A model generated the notes under the pieces. That model did not search any database and was not told the DNA's origin. It saw only the letters and a list, made by a program, of their open reading frames with translations. The translations under genes were made by a program, and so were the position numbers. A stretch of DNA of 64,000 nucleotides from a virus (taxonomy: Duplodnaviria > Caudoviricetes). Shown piece after piece: positions 1 through 7,895 of this stretch; the stretch's first letter is position 1, and every line of letters starts with the position of its first letter. The DNA lies in the IMG/VR virus record IMGVR_UViG_3300032007_000061, positions 15,881 through 79,880 of that record. One strand, 5' to 3'.

Positions 1-55
1 AGAGTATTATTACAAGAAGAAAAATATGAAAATTCTAAAATCGTTCGATATATAA

Positions 56-832
56 ATGGAAACAATAAAGAGGGGTAGCACTGGTGATGCTGTAAGGGTT
101 CTGCAGAGCCTTTTGGGTATCGCTGTTGATGGTGTGTTTGGCCCTAAGACAGAGCAGATTGTCAAGCAGTACCAAAAGGCCAATAAACTCGTTGACGATG
201 GCGTGGTTGGTCCTAAGACTTGGGAATTGCTTCAAAGGGCCAATATTACTATTGTAGATGGCCATATCAACACTCACATAACTCGCTCTCCAAACAGAAA
301 GATAAAGTATATCTCAATTCACTATACGGCTGGCAGCACAAGTAAGAAGGGTGCGGCACTATCTGTTAGGAATGTTTTCTTGCAGCGCAGTGCATCAGCC
401 GATTTTGTTGTTGATGATGACACGATTGTTCAGATTAACCCAGACCTCAGAAACTACTATTGTTGGGCTGTAGGTGATAGGAAGAACCCCTATACTGGTG
501 GTGGAAGCCTGTATAAAAACGCTAACAACAAAAATACCATCAGCATAGAAATATGCTCCAATCTCAAAAAGGGTGCCAGCGCAGCTTTCCCCAACCATGA
601 CGGATGGTATTTCACAGATAAGTCTCTCGACAATGCTGCAAAGCTTGTGAGGTATCTGATGAAGATGTTTAATGTTCCCAAGTCGAATGTGGTCAGGCAT
701 TATGACATCACTGGTAAGCTGTGTCCTGGTATTGTCGGCTGGAACAATGCTAATGTGTATGATGCTAATGGAAAGGCAACCGCAAAGAAGAGCAATTCTG
801 ATGCGTGGATGGTCTTTTGGTCTATAATATAA
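56..832 (+). CDS. Endolysin: N-terminal peptidoglycan-binding domain + N-acetylmuramoyl-L-alanine amidase (Amidase_2)
   Basis: N-term GSTGDAVRVLQ..VDGVFGPKT..DGVVGPKTW (PG_binding_1-like); amidase motifs IHYTAG, SADFVVD, ISIEIC, VRHYDITGKLCPG. Confidence 0.92.
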   Translation: METIKRGSTGDAVRVLQSLLGIAVDGVFGPKTEQIVKQYQKANKLVDDGVVGPKTWELLQRANITIVDGHINTHITRSPNRKIKYISIHYTAGSTSKKGAALSVRNVFLQRSASADFVVDDDTIVQINPDLRNYYCWAVGDRKNPYTGGGSLYKNANNKNTISIEICSNLKKGASAAFPNHDGWYFTDKSLDNAAKLVRYLMKMFNVPKSNVVRHYDITGKLCPGIVGWNNANVYDANGKATAKKSNSDAWMVFWSII

Positions 833-839
833 TAAAGGT

Positions 840-1451
840 ATGAAAGAGTTATTTGGTTCAATTACATCGAAGCTGGCAGGGATATTCATTCTGGTATTCC
901 TTGCTCTTGTGTGGTATTCCTATGAGACCACGAAGAAGCTGAATGAGGCCAAACAGAAGTCCGAGACACTGGAAACGACTATCTCTGACATGAATCAGAA
1001 GATAGAGCGTTTTGAAATCCAGATGGATGACAGCACAAGGCTTCATGCAGCTACCGTAAAAAATTTACGGATGACAGCAGACAACATTCAGGCTAAGTAC
1101 AACGAACTGCTGAAAGCTTCCAGTATCAAGAAGAAAGACGTGAACAGCGTCGCAATCATTGGCACTGAGGCAAAGGACACGGTTTATGTTCCTACTGAGG
1201 TTGATTCCTTTGGTGGCTTGCAGACTGGCTACAAAGATCAGTTTATCGACATTTCAGTGAATATCAATCCAGAGCGTCTGGCAACCATTGCATACGCTTC
1301 CAGGGATTCTTTGTCACTGATAGTCACTCAGAAGAAGCACTCGATACTCTTTGGTTTGATCAAGTGGAAGAGCCTTGAAAAGACAACGGTCATCAACCAC
1401 AATCCAAACGCTACGATTTCCAGCTTGCAGACTATAGATGTGATAGAGTAA
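840..1451 (+). CDS. Membrane-anchored coiled-coil lysis protein (i-spanin-like; resembles Bacteroidales DUF6549)
   Basis: N-terminal TM helix then coiled coil; directly follows the endolysin; C-term KKHSILFGLIKW..HNPNATI. Confidence 0.6.
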   Translation: MKELFGSITSKLAGIFILVFLALVWYSYETTKKLNEAKQKSETLETTISDMNQKIERFEIQMDDSTRLHAATVKNLRMTADNIQAKYNELLKASSIKKKDVNSVAIIGTEAKDTVYVPTEVDSFGGLQTGYKDQFIDISVNINPERLATIAYASRDSLSLIVTQKKHSILFGLIKWKSLEKTTVINHNPNATISSLQTIDVIE

Positions 1452-1546
1452 TGGAAAAGAAAGTAAAGAAGGGCTTTCAGGACCTGATGAAGAAAGTCGG
1501 TGATGAAAGCGAGAAGATGAAGAAAGTCAAGTCCGTAAGGGCATAG
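1451..1546 (+). CDS. Small basic protein (31 aa, MEKKVKKGFQDLMKKVGDESEKMKKVKSVRA)
   Basis: ATG overlaps the previous stop codon; fills the gap to the next gene; below the ORF-track cutoff. Confidence 0.4.
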   Translation: MEKKVKKGFQDLMKKVGDESEKMKKVKSVRA

Positions 1547-1568
1547 TAATAATTAAAAAAGCAAAAAG

Positions 1569-2213
1569 ATGAAAAAGTTAATGGTTTTAGGTTTGCTGGC
1601 CTTAATGGTCAGTTTGGTGGTTGGTTGCAGCTCATGCACCAAGGAGAAAAGTCAGCCGGCAGTTGACAATGTGGCTCTTTCACAGGGAAAGCTGGTGGTG
1701 GAGAATTGCGTAAGCACTGACAAAGAGTATATGTTTCTCCATCACAAATCAGACTATCGCTGGTTTGAGACTTGCGTACTGATGAAGGACTTTCTGGATT
1801 CAGAGGATCAGGACGGTACTATAGCTGGTGTCAGCAACATATTCCAGGTTGTTGATGACTTTGAGGATGGCGGTGCCGATGTGTACGTTTATCTAATTTC
1901 TCATAGTGAAAACAAAGACAGCATAGACGTTAGGCATGGATTTTGGGTAGAGGATTCCCCGATGAACGATGAAGCTATCAAAGTCACATTTCAGCAAGCA
2001 TACGACAAACTGATGGAAGCCAATTGTCCGAAGCCTCATAGCAGACATTGTGTACTGAGAAAGGAAGTAGGACCAGTTGATGCCAATCCTCAGTATATCT
2101 TCGGCAATTCCAAGGCGCAGGTATATGTAGATGCTGTCACTGGTGATGTCTCTACAGAGAACCCAGCTTTCAAGGGTTGTGGCTTTGGTATGCCTCTTGG
2201 GGAATGGCCCTGA
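1569..2213 (+). CDS. Lipoprotein of unknown function with a PepSY-like C-terminus
   Basis: Signal peptide MKKLMVLGLLALMVSLVVGC (lipobox Cys); C-term VYVDAVTGDV. Confidence 0.7.
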   Translation: MKKLMVLGLLALMVSLVVGCSSCTKEKSQPAVDNVALSQGKLVVENCVSTDKEYMFLHHKSDYRWFETCVLMKDFLDSEDQDGTIAGVSNIFQVVDDFEDGGADVYVYLISHSENKDSIDVRHGFWVEDSPMNDEAIKVTFQQAYDKLMEANCPKPHSRHCVLRKEVGPVDANPQYIFGNSKAQVYVDAVTGDVSTENPAFKGCGFGMPLGEWP

Positions 2214-2280
2214 TTTGATTTAGCAAATTTCTCATAATATTAGATTTAAGGTTAGTAGATTAGTTAGTAGTTTGTTTTTG

Positions 2281-2312
2281 AGAGAGTCACCGGTGATGGC
2301 GGCTCTCTTTTT
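2281..2312 (+). terminator. Intrinsic terminator after the lysis cassette
   Basis: AGAGAGTC...GGCTCTCT stem followed by a T run. Confidence 0.7.
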
Positions 2313-2353
2313 AATTTTTAACTGCATTTTTGAAACGTATGATATGTCGATGA

Positions 2354-2362
2354 CACTATAAT
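2354..2362 (+). promoter_or_regulatory. Repeated CACTATAAT promoter-like motif upstream of terL
   Basis: Ends 18 nt before the ATG; recurs upstream of many genes. Confidence 0.55.
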
Positions 2363-2379
2363 CTATAAAAAGCGAATAC

Positions 2380-3966
2380 ATGGCGAGAAAATTATATGCA
2401 CCGAATGTAACCATCAATTTTGCACCGTCTGAAAGACAGCTGGAGTTGTGGGAGAAGCTACAGCCAGCAAAGTGTGACAAGTGCGGTGGACGTATTGAAA
2501 TGCGTCAGCATGGGGTGGATGAGAAGGGATTTCCAGTATATGAGGCCACTTGTGTTGAGTGTGGCAATACGGACATTCCAGAACAGATTCTTGGTGGTGG
2601 AGCAGCTGGTGGAGGAAAGTCTTACCTTGGCTGCTGCTGGCTTGCTATCAGCTGCATGACATTCCCGAATATCCTGATGGCTGTTGGCCGTCTTACGTTG
2701 AAGTCTCTGAAAGAATCTACATGGAGAACCCTACTGAACGTACTGAAAGATTGGGGCCTGAAAGAAGATGTGCATTACCATATCAATAATCAGGCAGGCT
2801 CATTGACTTTCTGGAATGGCTCTACGATATTGATGATGGAGCTTTCACCATCACTGCAGGACCCAGACTACAACCGATTCGGTTCTATAGAAATTACCGG
2901 TGCCTTTGTCGATGAGGTTGCGGAAATACCAGAAAAGGCTATAGAAGTCCTTGCTTCACGTATTCGTTACAGGGTGGCAGAGACGTTTGTTGTCGGTAAA
3001 CTGTTCATGTCATGTAACCCGACGCAGGCATGGCCACGTAAGACGTTTGTGATGGATGATGACGGTGAACCAGTCGTATTGAAGAAAGGCTATAGGTATG
3101 TGCCGTTCTCAGTGTTTGACAATCCTAATGAGGGTTTCCGTATCGTCTATATCAACAGGCTAAAGAAGATACGTGACAAGGCTACCAGGGAAAGACTGCT
3201 TTATGGTAACTGGTTGTACCCATCAGAGAATACGATGGCTGCATACTGGAATTTTGACGGGGAGAAGCACTTAGCCATGAATGTCATGGAAAAGTATTAC
3301 AATCCGATGAACCCGATTATCCTCTCTCTTGACTTCAATGTGAATCCGTATATGTCTTGTCTGGCAGTCCAGATTGATTATACAGATAAGCACGTCTATG
3401 TTTTCCCAGAATATGTTGGCTATGCAAAGGATAAGCTTAACAACACACCGGCAATGTCTCGTCATTTGGTCAAGTCCATGAGAGAGATACGTCATATTGG
3501 CGGCATCATCCTCACTGGTGATCCAGCCGGACGTGCAAGGTCAACTCAGACAGAACAAGGTGTGAACAATTTCACCATCTTGTCTGATACGTTGAGAAGT
3601 GGCGGTTTTAGGACCGAGACAAAGCTATTCGATAAGCAACCGTCACAGATAACCAGATTGGAGTTCGTGAATGAGCTTTTTGACGGTTATGAGGGCTGGA
3701 ATATTGTCATAGATGTGAGGTGTAGGAGACTGACTGAGGACTTGACCTACCAGAAGAAGAATCCCGATGGAACTAAGGAAAAGAAGAAAGTTCAGATGGA
3801 TACTGGTGAAAAGGCAGAGAAGTACGGACACTTGTCAGACTGCCTGGACTATATTTTAACCTATTTCCTCAGAGAAAGCTATAATAAATATAGAAGCGGC
3901 TCATCAACTTCAATCGTAACAACGGTGTCAGGAAATGGGCAGGTTTATGATTCATTCGGATATTAA
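2380..3966 (+). CDS. terL: Large terminase subunit
   Basis: Walker A GGAAGGGKS, Walker B AFVDEVAE, motif SCNP, nuclease motifs LSLDFN and GHLSDCLDY. Confidence 0.93.
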   Translation: MARKLYAPNVTINFAPSERQLELWEKLQPAKCDKCGGRIEMRQHGVDEKGFPVYEATCVECGNTDIPEQILGGGAAGGGKSYLGCCWLAISCMTFPNILMAVGRLTLKSLKESTWRTLLNVLKDWGLKEDVHYHINNQAGSLTFWNGSTILMMELSPSLQDPDYNRFGSIEITGAFVDEVAEIPEKAIEVLASRIRYRVAETFVVGKLFMSCNPTQAWPRKTFVMDDDGEPVVLKKGYRYVPFSVFDNPNEGFRIVYINRLKKIRDKATRERLLYGNWLYPSENTMAAYWNFDGEKHLAMNVMEKYYNPMNPIILSLDFNVNPYMSCLAVQIDYTDKHVYVFPEYVGYAKDKLNNTPAMSRHLVKSMREIRHIGGIILTGDPAGRARSTQTEQGVNNFTILSDTLRSGGFRTETKLFDKQPSQITRLEFVNELFDGYEGWNIVIDVRCRRLTEDLTYQKKNPDGTKEKKKVQMDTGEKAEKYGHLSDCLDYILTYFLRESYNKYRSGSSTSIVTTVSGNGQVYDSFGY

Positions 3967-3977
3967 AACGATACATA

Positions 3978-5018
3978 ATGGCATATCAGAGATTTCTAAA
4001 CGACAAGGACTATCTGGCACTCATTACGCAGGAGGGGCTTGATCAGCTTATCCGTGAAGTGCATGACAGAATACCGCAGGCTGAAAGCAGCGCAGAGGTT
4101 TCGGTTCTGGAATACCTCAGACAATATTATGAGGTTGAGAAAGAACTGGAGAAAGGAAAGGCTATCAGGCCCTATTATGAGCGCATCACATACCCAGCTG
4201 GCATCTACTTCAACAAGGATGGGTTCATCTATCGCACACTGACCGCTGTAAACGGCTATAAGAGGCCGCAGAGAATCGTCTATTGGGTACTGGTGAATGA
4301 ACCGCTCACAACCGAACAGCTCGAAGTCATAAGGCACTATTCCCAGCTCAAAACCTATAATGTAGGCGAAATGGTGCGTTATGGAAGTGATATATGGCGG
4401 TGTAACTATCACAATGGCTTTGACTTCAATGACATCAGAATACCTGGAGTGTGTGCTTGGGAGCTGGTTGATACCGTAGCATGGGCAACCGCAATGGACT
4501 ATCCAGTATATCAGGTCGCATCTTATAACGGAAAGTTCTATATGCTGTTGAAGAAAGACGAGGGCTATGATGCACTGGTTGACCCAGAGGAAAATGACTA
4601 TTGGGGGGAGATTGGCGCATACGATACCGATTATGAGTATGCCTTTGGAGAAGATGACCATGATTATGTTGTCTTTGACGGCTGTGTGTTCAGGCCCGTT
4701 ATGAATCCCAATGCAGACAAGCTGGAAGAGAACGTCAACATCATTCGTGACGATCCTCGCAATCCAAGCCTTGTCAAGCACATGACCCAGCTTGCACTCT
4801 ACCAGCTTCATGTCCTGATAAGCCCAACCAATATCTCTGAGACGAGACGCATCCAGTATGAGGATAGCATGGCATGGCTCTATGCAGCATCGAAGTTCAA
4901 GATAATCATAGACATTGAAAGAAAGATAAACAAGGATGACGGTCTGCCTAAAAAGGACTATGCGCTGGCAACATACCAGCGGAATTTCGACCCCTGGCAG
5001 AACGACTGGATAATTTAG
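3978..5018 (+). CDS. Mu gp36/DUF1320-like head-tail adaptor with an inserted run of aromatic CBM5/12-like repeats
   Basis: N-term FLNDKDY..AESSAEVSVLEYLRQYY and C-term RNPSLVKHMTQLALYQLH..YEDSMAWL bracket four repeats of the form Y/W..Y..G..V.Y.G..Y/W. Confidence 0.6.
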   Translation: MAYQRFLNDKDYLALITQEGLDQLIREVHDRIPQAESSAEVSVLEYLRQYYEVEKELEKGKAIRPYYERITYPAGIYFNKDGFIYRTLTAVNGYKRPQRIVYWVLVNEPLTTEQLEVIRHYSQLKTYNVGEMVRYGSDIWRCNYHNGFDFNDIRIPGVCAWELVDTVAWATAMDYPVYQVASYNGKFYMLLKKDEGYDALVDPEENDYWGEIGAYDTDYEYAFGEDDHDYVVFDGCVFRPVMNPNADKLEENVNIIRDDPRNPSLVKHMTQLALYQLHVLISPTNISETRRIQYEDSMAWLYAASKFKIIIDIERKINKDDGLPKKDYALATYQRNFDPWQNDWII

Positions 5019-5054
5019 GCTTTTAGCAGAGCGACATAAGATTCAAACCTTGTG

Positions 5055-5090
5055 GCCTCGTTCAATCGTGAGATTGGGCGAGGTCTTTAT
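5055..5090 (+). terminator. Hairpin terminator ending the terL operon
   Basis: 13-bp stem GCCTCGTTCAATC/GATTGGGCGAGGT with GTGA loop, then a T-rich tail. Confidence 0.65.
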
Positions 5091-5177
5091 TTGTGTCGGG
5101 TGGAGAGGATTCCAACCCCAAATGTTATTAGTTATTAAAAATTTTAATCAATCGCTTGTTTTAATTAAAAATATTAC

Positions 5178-5185
5178 TACTTTTG
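5178..5185 (+). promoter_or_regulatory. Bacteroidetes -7 promoter element upstream of tRNA-Ser/integrase
   Basis: TACTTTTG matches TAnnTTTG. Confidence 0.6.
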
Positions 5186-5211
5186 CAGCCGAAATGCTAC
5201 AGATAATGCAC

Positions 5212-5566
5212 AATTTGTGTACGATTTGTGATTTTCAGAGGTATTTGACAACAAAACTCAGGCTTTAGGAACTTGACGTTCGAAAAGAATAGATAGCACA
5301 TAATTGCCTGATAATCGGAAGGTTGGCAGAGTGATCGATCGCGCTGGACTCGAAATCCGGTATACCCCTTTCGGGTATCGGGGGTTTGAATCCCTCACTC
5401 TCCGCTTTATGACACCTTCCAGCACCTCAAACGGTGCTGGATTTGGGTCAAAAACAATTTGATTATCAGTTAGTTAAGGTGTTCTACTGTTCCAACAAAA
5501 GCCTGCACCTTTTGTAAGGAAATCATATTCAAATCACCTAAAAAATGCACATTTCGTACACAAATT
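5212..5566. repeat. Inverted repeats flanking tRNA-Ser (attP-like arm sites)
   Basis: Perfect 13-bp IR AATTTGTGTACGA (5212-5224) / TCGTACACAAATT (5554-5566); second IR TGATAATC (5309-5316) / GATTATCA (5461-5468). Confidence 0.55.
5317..5404 (+). tRNA. tRNA-Ser(CGA)
   Basis: Anticodon arm CTGGA-CTCGAAA-TCCGG; long variable arm ATACCC/GGGTAT; T arm GGGGG-TTTGAAT-CCCTC; one A:C mismatch in the acceptor stem; no encoded CCA. Confidence 0.9.
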
Positions 5567-5610
5567 AGTAGCAAATTTGTGCGAGTAATGTGATTAAAAG
5601 CAGATTAGGT

Positions 5611-6876
5611 ATGATTTCCATCAACTACCAAACTTATGGAAGCAGAGGTCTGCAGCTACGTCTCAGGTTCTATCTGGACGGCCAGACCAAGTTTATTAAC
5701 GTGACGAAGTTGCTGAAAGGTAACTTGGTGAAACGGCACTGGAATACCAAGAAGAAGTGTTTCTACTCCAGTGCCCCTAATGCGGATGAGAACAACCGCA
5801 TACTTGAAAATTTCCGAAAACCATACGATGAGCGTTCAAAGACATGGATTGGCACACTGGACGGTTTTATGCTTTCCTTTGATGAGACGGCCAATGAAGA
5901 GCCAGAGGAAAGGCACACTCTCAGATGGGTATTCCAGTATTTCATTGACGAAATGAAGCGCAACGGCAGGAATGATGACGGAACCATCAGTGGGGGCTAT
6001 GAGCCATACGAAAAGACCATCAAGCGCATGGAGGAATACTGCCAGGACGTTCGCATCAGTCTCGACAGCCTGACTTTGGAGGACATGACACCTCAGTTCA
6101 TCAATAAGTTTCTGGAGTGGATTGTGAATCGTGGAAATGGGAAATGTCTTTATGTCTCAGTATCTCTTCATGCCCTGCTTAACAAAAGCGATAAGATGGG
6201 CTGGTTTGACATAAAGGACGTGGAGCGATGCAATTGGTTCAAAAAGACTGGTAAGAGCACTAAGAAATATCAGACCCTTACCAATGCACAATGCAAAAGA
6301 TTTGTGGCCCTGACGAAAGAAGAGCTGCCCAGAGGCCAAAATACTGAGCTATATCGTGACTTTTGCACCTTTATATTATATACGTGCCAAAGTACGTGTG
6401 ATGCCGTCTCTCTCCAGTATAAGGACATTCAGACTATCAACGGTGTTGACCATTTCGTGTTCAAGCGCAGGAAGATAGCCAGCAAGCAGTCAATTGATTG
6501 CTCTGTGCCTATCAATCCAGTCATGCGAGACATAATGAAACGCTGGAAGCCTTACTCAAAGGACGGCTATATTTTCCCGATAAGGAGCAAGGAAAGGATT
6601 GCTTCCAGTGTCATTAACAATGGTGACATCAAGCATTTTCTCAGCAAGATCAATACCTGGTTGAAGAAAGTGACCGACATCATCAAGTGTCCTTTCCCAT
6701 TGCACACATACGTCTTTAGGCATACTGGCATTACCCACTACATCAGCAAGGGCATACCAGTCATCTATGTGGCGAACCTTGCCGGAACCTCAGTTGAGAA
6801 TTGCGAGAGTATCTACTACAACAACCAAGGAGATACTACCAGCCGTGACAAGGTGCTCAATGCGATTAAATTCTAA
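5611..6876 (+). CDS. int: Bacteroidales-type tyrosine integrase (arm-binding + core-binding + catalytic domains) with a degenerate box I
   Basis: N-term LRLRFYLDGQTKFI..HWNTKKK; box II YVFRHTGITHY, LAGTS..SIYY; box I reads YTCQSTCD instead of TGxRxSD; follows a tRNA. The ORF track starts it at GTG 5590. Confidence 0.85.
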   Translation: MISINYQTYGSRGLQLRLRFYLDGQTKFINVTKLLKGNLVKRHWNTKKKCFYSSAPNADENNRILENFRKPYDERSKTWIGTLDGFMLSFDETANEEPEERHTLRWVFQYFIDEMKRNGRNDDGTISGGYEPYEKTIKRMEEYCQDVRISLDSLTLEDMTPQFINKFLEWIVNRGNGKCLYVSVSLHALLNKSDKMGWFDIKDVERCNWFKKTGKSTKKYQTLTNAQCKRFVALTKEELPRGQNTELYRDFCTFILYTCQSTCDAVSLQYKDIQTINGVDHFVFKRRKIASKQSIDCSVPINPVMRDIMKRWKPYSKDGYIFPIRSKERIASSVINNGDIKHFLSKINTWLKKVTDIIKCPFPLHTYVFRHTGITHYISKGIPVIYVANLAGTSVENCESIYYNNQGDTTSRDKVLNAIKF

Positions 6877-6882
6877 AAAGAA

Positions 6883-6908
6883 GCTGGAGTGTTTCGCAAC
6901 AGCCCAGC
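6883..6908. repeat. Hairpin repeat 1 with conserved GTGTTTCGCAAC core
   Basis: GCTGG...CCAGC stem; core shared with 7223-7254 and 7301-7328. Confidence 0.55.
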
Positions 6909-6980
6909 CCCTACTCTCTGACCTGTGACTGGATGGCGAACCACCCAGATTTATATTAACGCTTTATTCAAGAAAATATT

Positions 6981-7214
6981 ATGGCTAAAATTATCAGTAC
7001 CATCAGCTTTGTAGCATATGGTGATGACTACGGTGTGACCGTATCGTGTGGTGTCAAGCGTGTATCAGTTAGCTATGACCCAAGAAGAAGCAGTAAGTTT
7101 GATTCTCAGATTGCCGTCCTGAGACAGATGAACCTCAAAGACGAGGAACGTGTCATCAGGGATTTCGTGACGGTAGCGAGAATGGTGCTTTCCAGATACA
7201 ATGACAGGGAATAA
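6981..7214 (+). CDS. Hypothetical protein (77 aa)
   Basis: A-rich leader and ATG start; flanked by hairpin repeats. Confidence 0.65.
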   Translation: MAKIISTISFVAYGDDYGVTVSCGVKRVSVSYDPRRSSKFDSQIAVLRQMNLKDEERVIRDFVTVARMVLSRYNDRE

Positions 7215-7222
7215 TAGTTAAA

Positions 7223-7254
7223 GCTGCCAGCGTGTTTCACAACATACTGGCAGC
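7223..7254. repeat. Hairpin repeat 2 (GTGTTTCACAAC core)
   Basis: GCTGCCAG/CTGGCAGC 8-bp stem. Confidence 0.55.
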
Positions 7255-7300
7255 ACCCTTCAATCATGTATTAATTCTTAAACTTGGCTGAAAAAAGAAA

Positions 7301-7328
7301 GCCGCCCGTTATTCGCATATCAGACGGC
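7301..7328. repeat. Hairpin repeat 3 / terminator for minus-strand transcripts
   Basis: GCCG..CGGC stem preceded by an A run; core GTTATTCGCATA. Confidence 0.5.
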
Positions 7329-7404
7329 CTCACCTGTTTTTATTAATCAATTTTTAATCCGTATAAGAAAAGAAAATCATCATTTTATTGCCTATTCTCA
7401 GTAG

Positions 7405-7476
7405 TTGCGGAGTCCAGATTCGAACTGGAGACTTATGGTAATGAGCCACACGTGATAACCGTTTCACCACCCCGCG
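7405..7476 (-). tRNA. tRNA-Met(CAT), initiator-like
   Basis: CGCGGGG/CTCCGCA acceptor with C1:A72 mismatch; D stem GTGA/TCAC; anticodon loop CTCATTA; T arm TCCAG-TTCGAAT-CTGGA. Confidence 0.88.
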
Positions 7477-7563
7477 ATATATGAGGTTTGATTATGTATG
7501 CTTGGGTACTAACCTCTAACTTCCCAAGCTAATCAACGTATTTGAGTCTCAGAGTTCTATATT

Positions 7564-7572
7564 ATTATAGTG
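7564..7572 (-). promoter_or_regulatory. CACTATAAT motif upstream of tRNA-Met
   Basis: Plus strand reads ATTATAGTG. Confidence 0.5.
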
Positions 7573-7603
7573 AAAAACTCTGGGAAAGGTTAAGCCATTG
7601 TCG

Positions 7604-7894
7604 TTAATCTTTGTCAATATCAGCGATTATGGCCTTGGAACGCTTCAAAACAGCCTGGAACACATCTTCAAAGAAATCGTCGCTTCCAGTCATAGAGACG
7701 TGTGCTGACGGGTATGGCTTAATCATGGCTATCAGCTTGCTCAGTGACCATGCAGGCTTTGAGTTTGATTTCCTCTCAGTGCTGATTACATAGCCACCTA
7801 TCTTTGACGTGACCCACAAATCAGCAGTCTCGATGGGTATTCCAGTTTCCAACAGTTGTTCAGACTGCTTACTGGTAGTGCATATCTTATCCAT
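7604..7894 (-). CDS. Hypothetical phage protein
   Basis: Tightly packed in the operon; TSKQSEQLLETG..PAWSLSKL pattern. Confidence 0.75.
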   Translation of the reverse strand: MDKICTTSKQSEQLLETGIPIETADLWVTSKIGGYVISTERKSNSKPAWSLSKLIAMIKPYPSAHVSMTGSDDFFEDVFQAVLKRSKAIIADIDKD

Positions 7895-7895
7895 A

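Noticed and set aside
2-55. 3' end of an upstream gene (EYYYKKKNMKILKSFDI*), possibly the holin
   Set aside because: Only 17 codons visible; cannot be assigned.
5405-6876. tRNA + integrase as the boundary of a prophage in a host chromosome or of a separate inserted island
   Set aside because: Phage genes continue on both sides and I found no duplicated tRNA 3' end elsewhere in the window; an attP-like reading fits better.
7488-7536. Bulged hairpin (TTGATTA/TAATCAA, GCTTGGG/CCCAAGC) in the tRNA-Met leader
   Set aside because: Real pairing but a single instance with no assignable function; likely a leader/processing stem.
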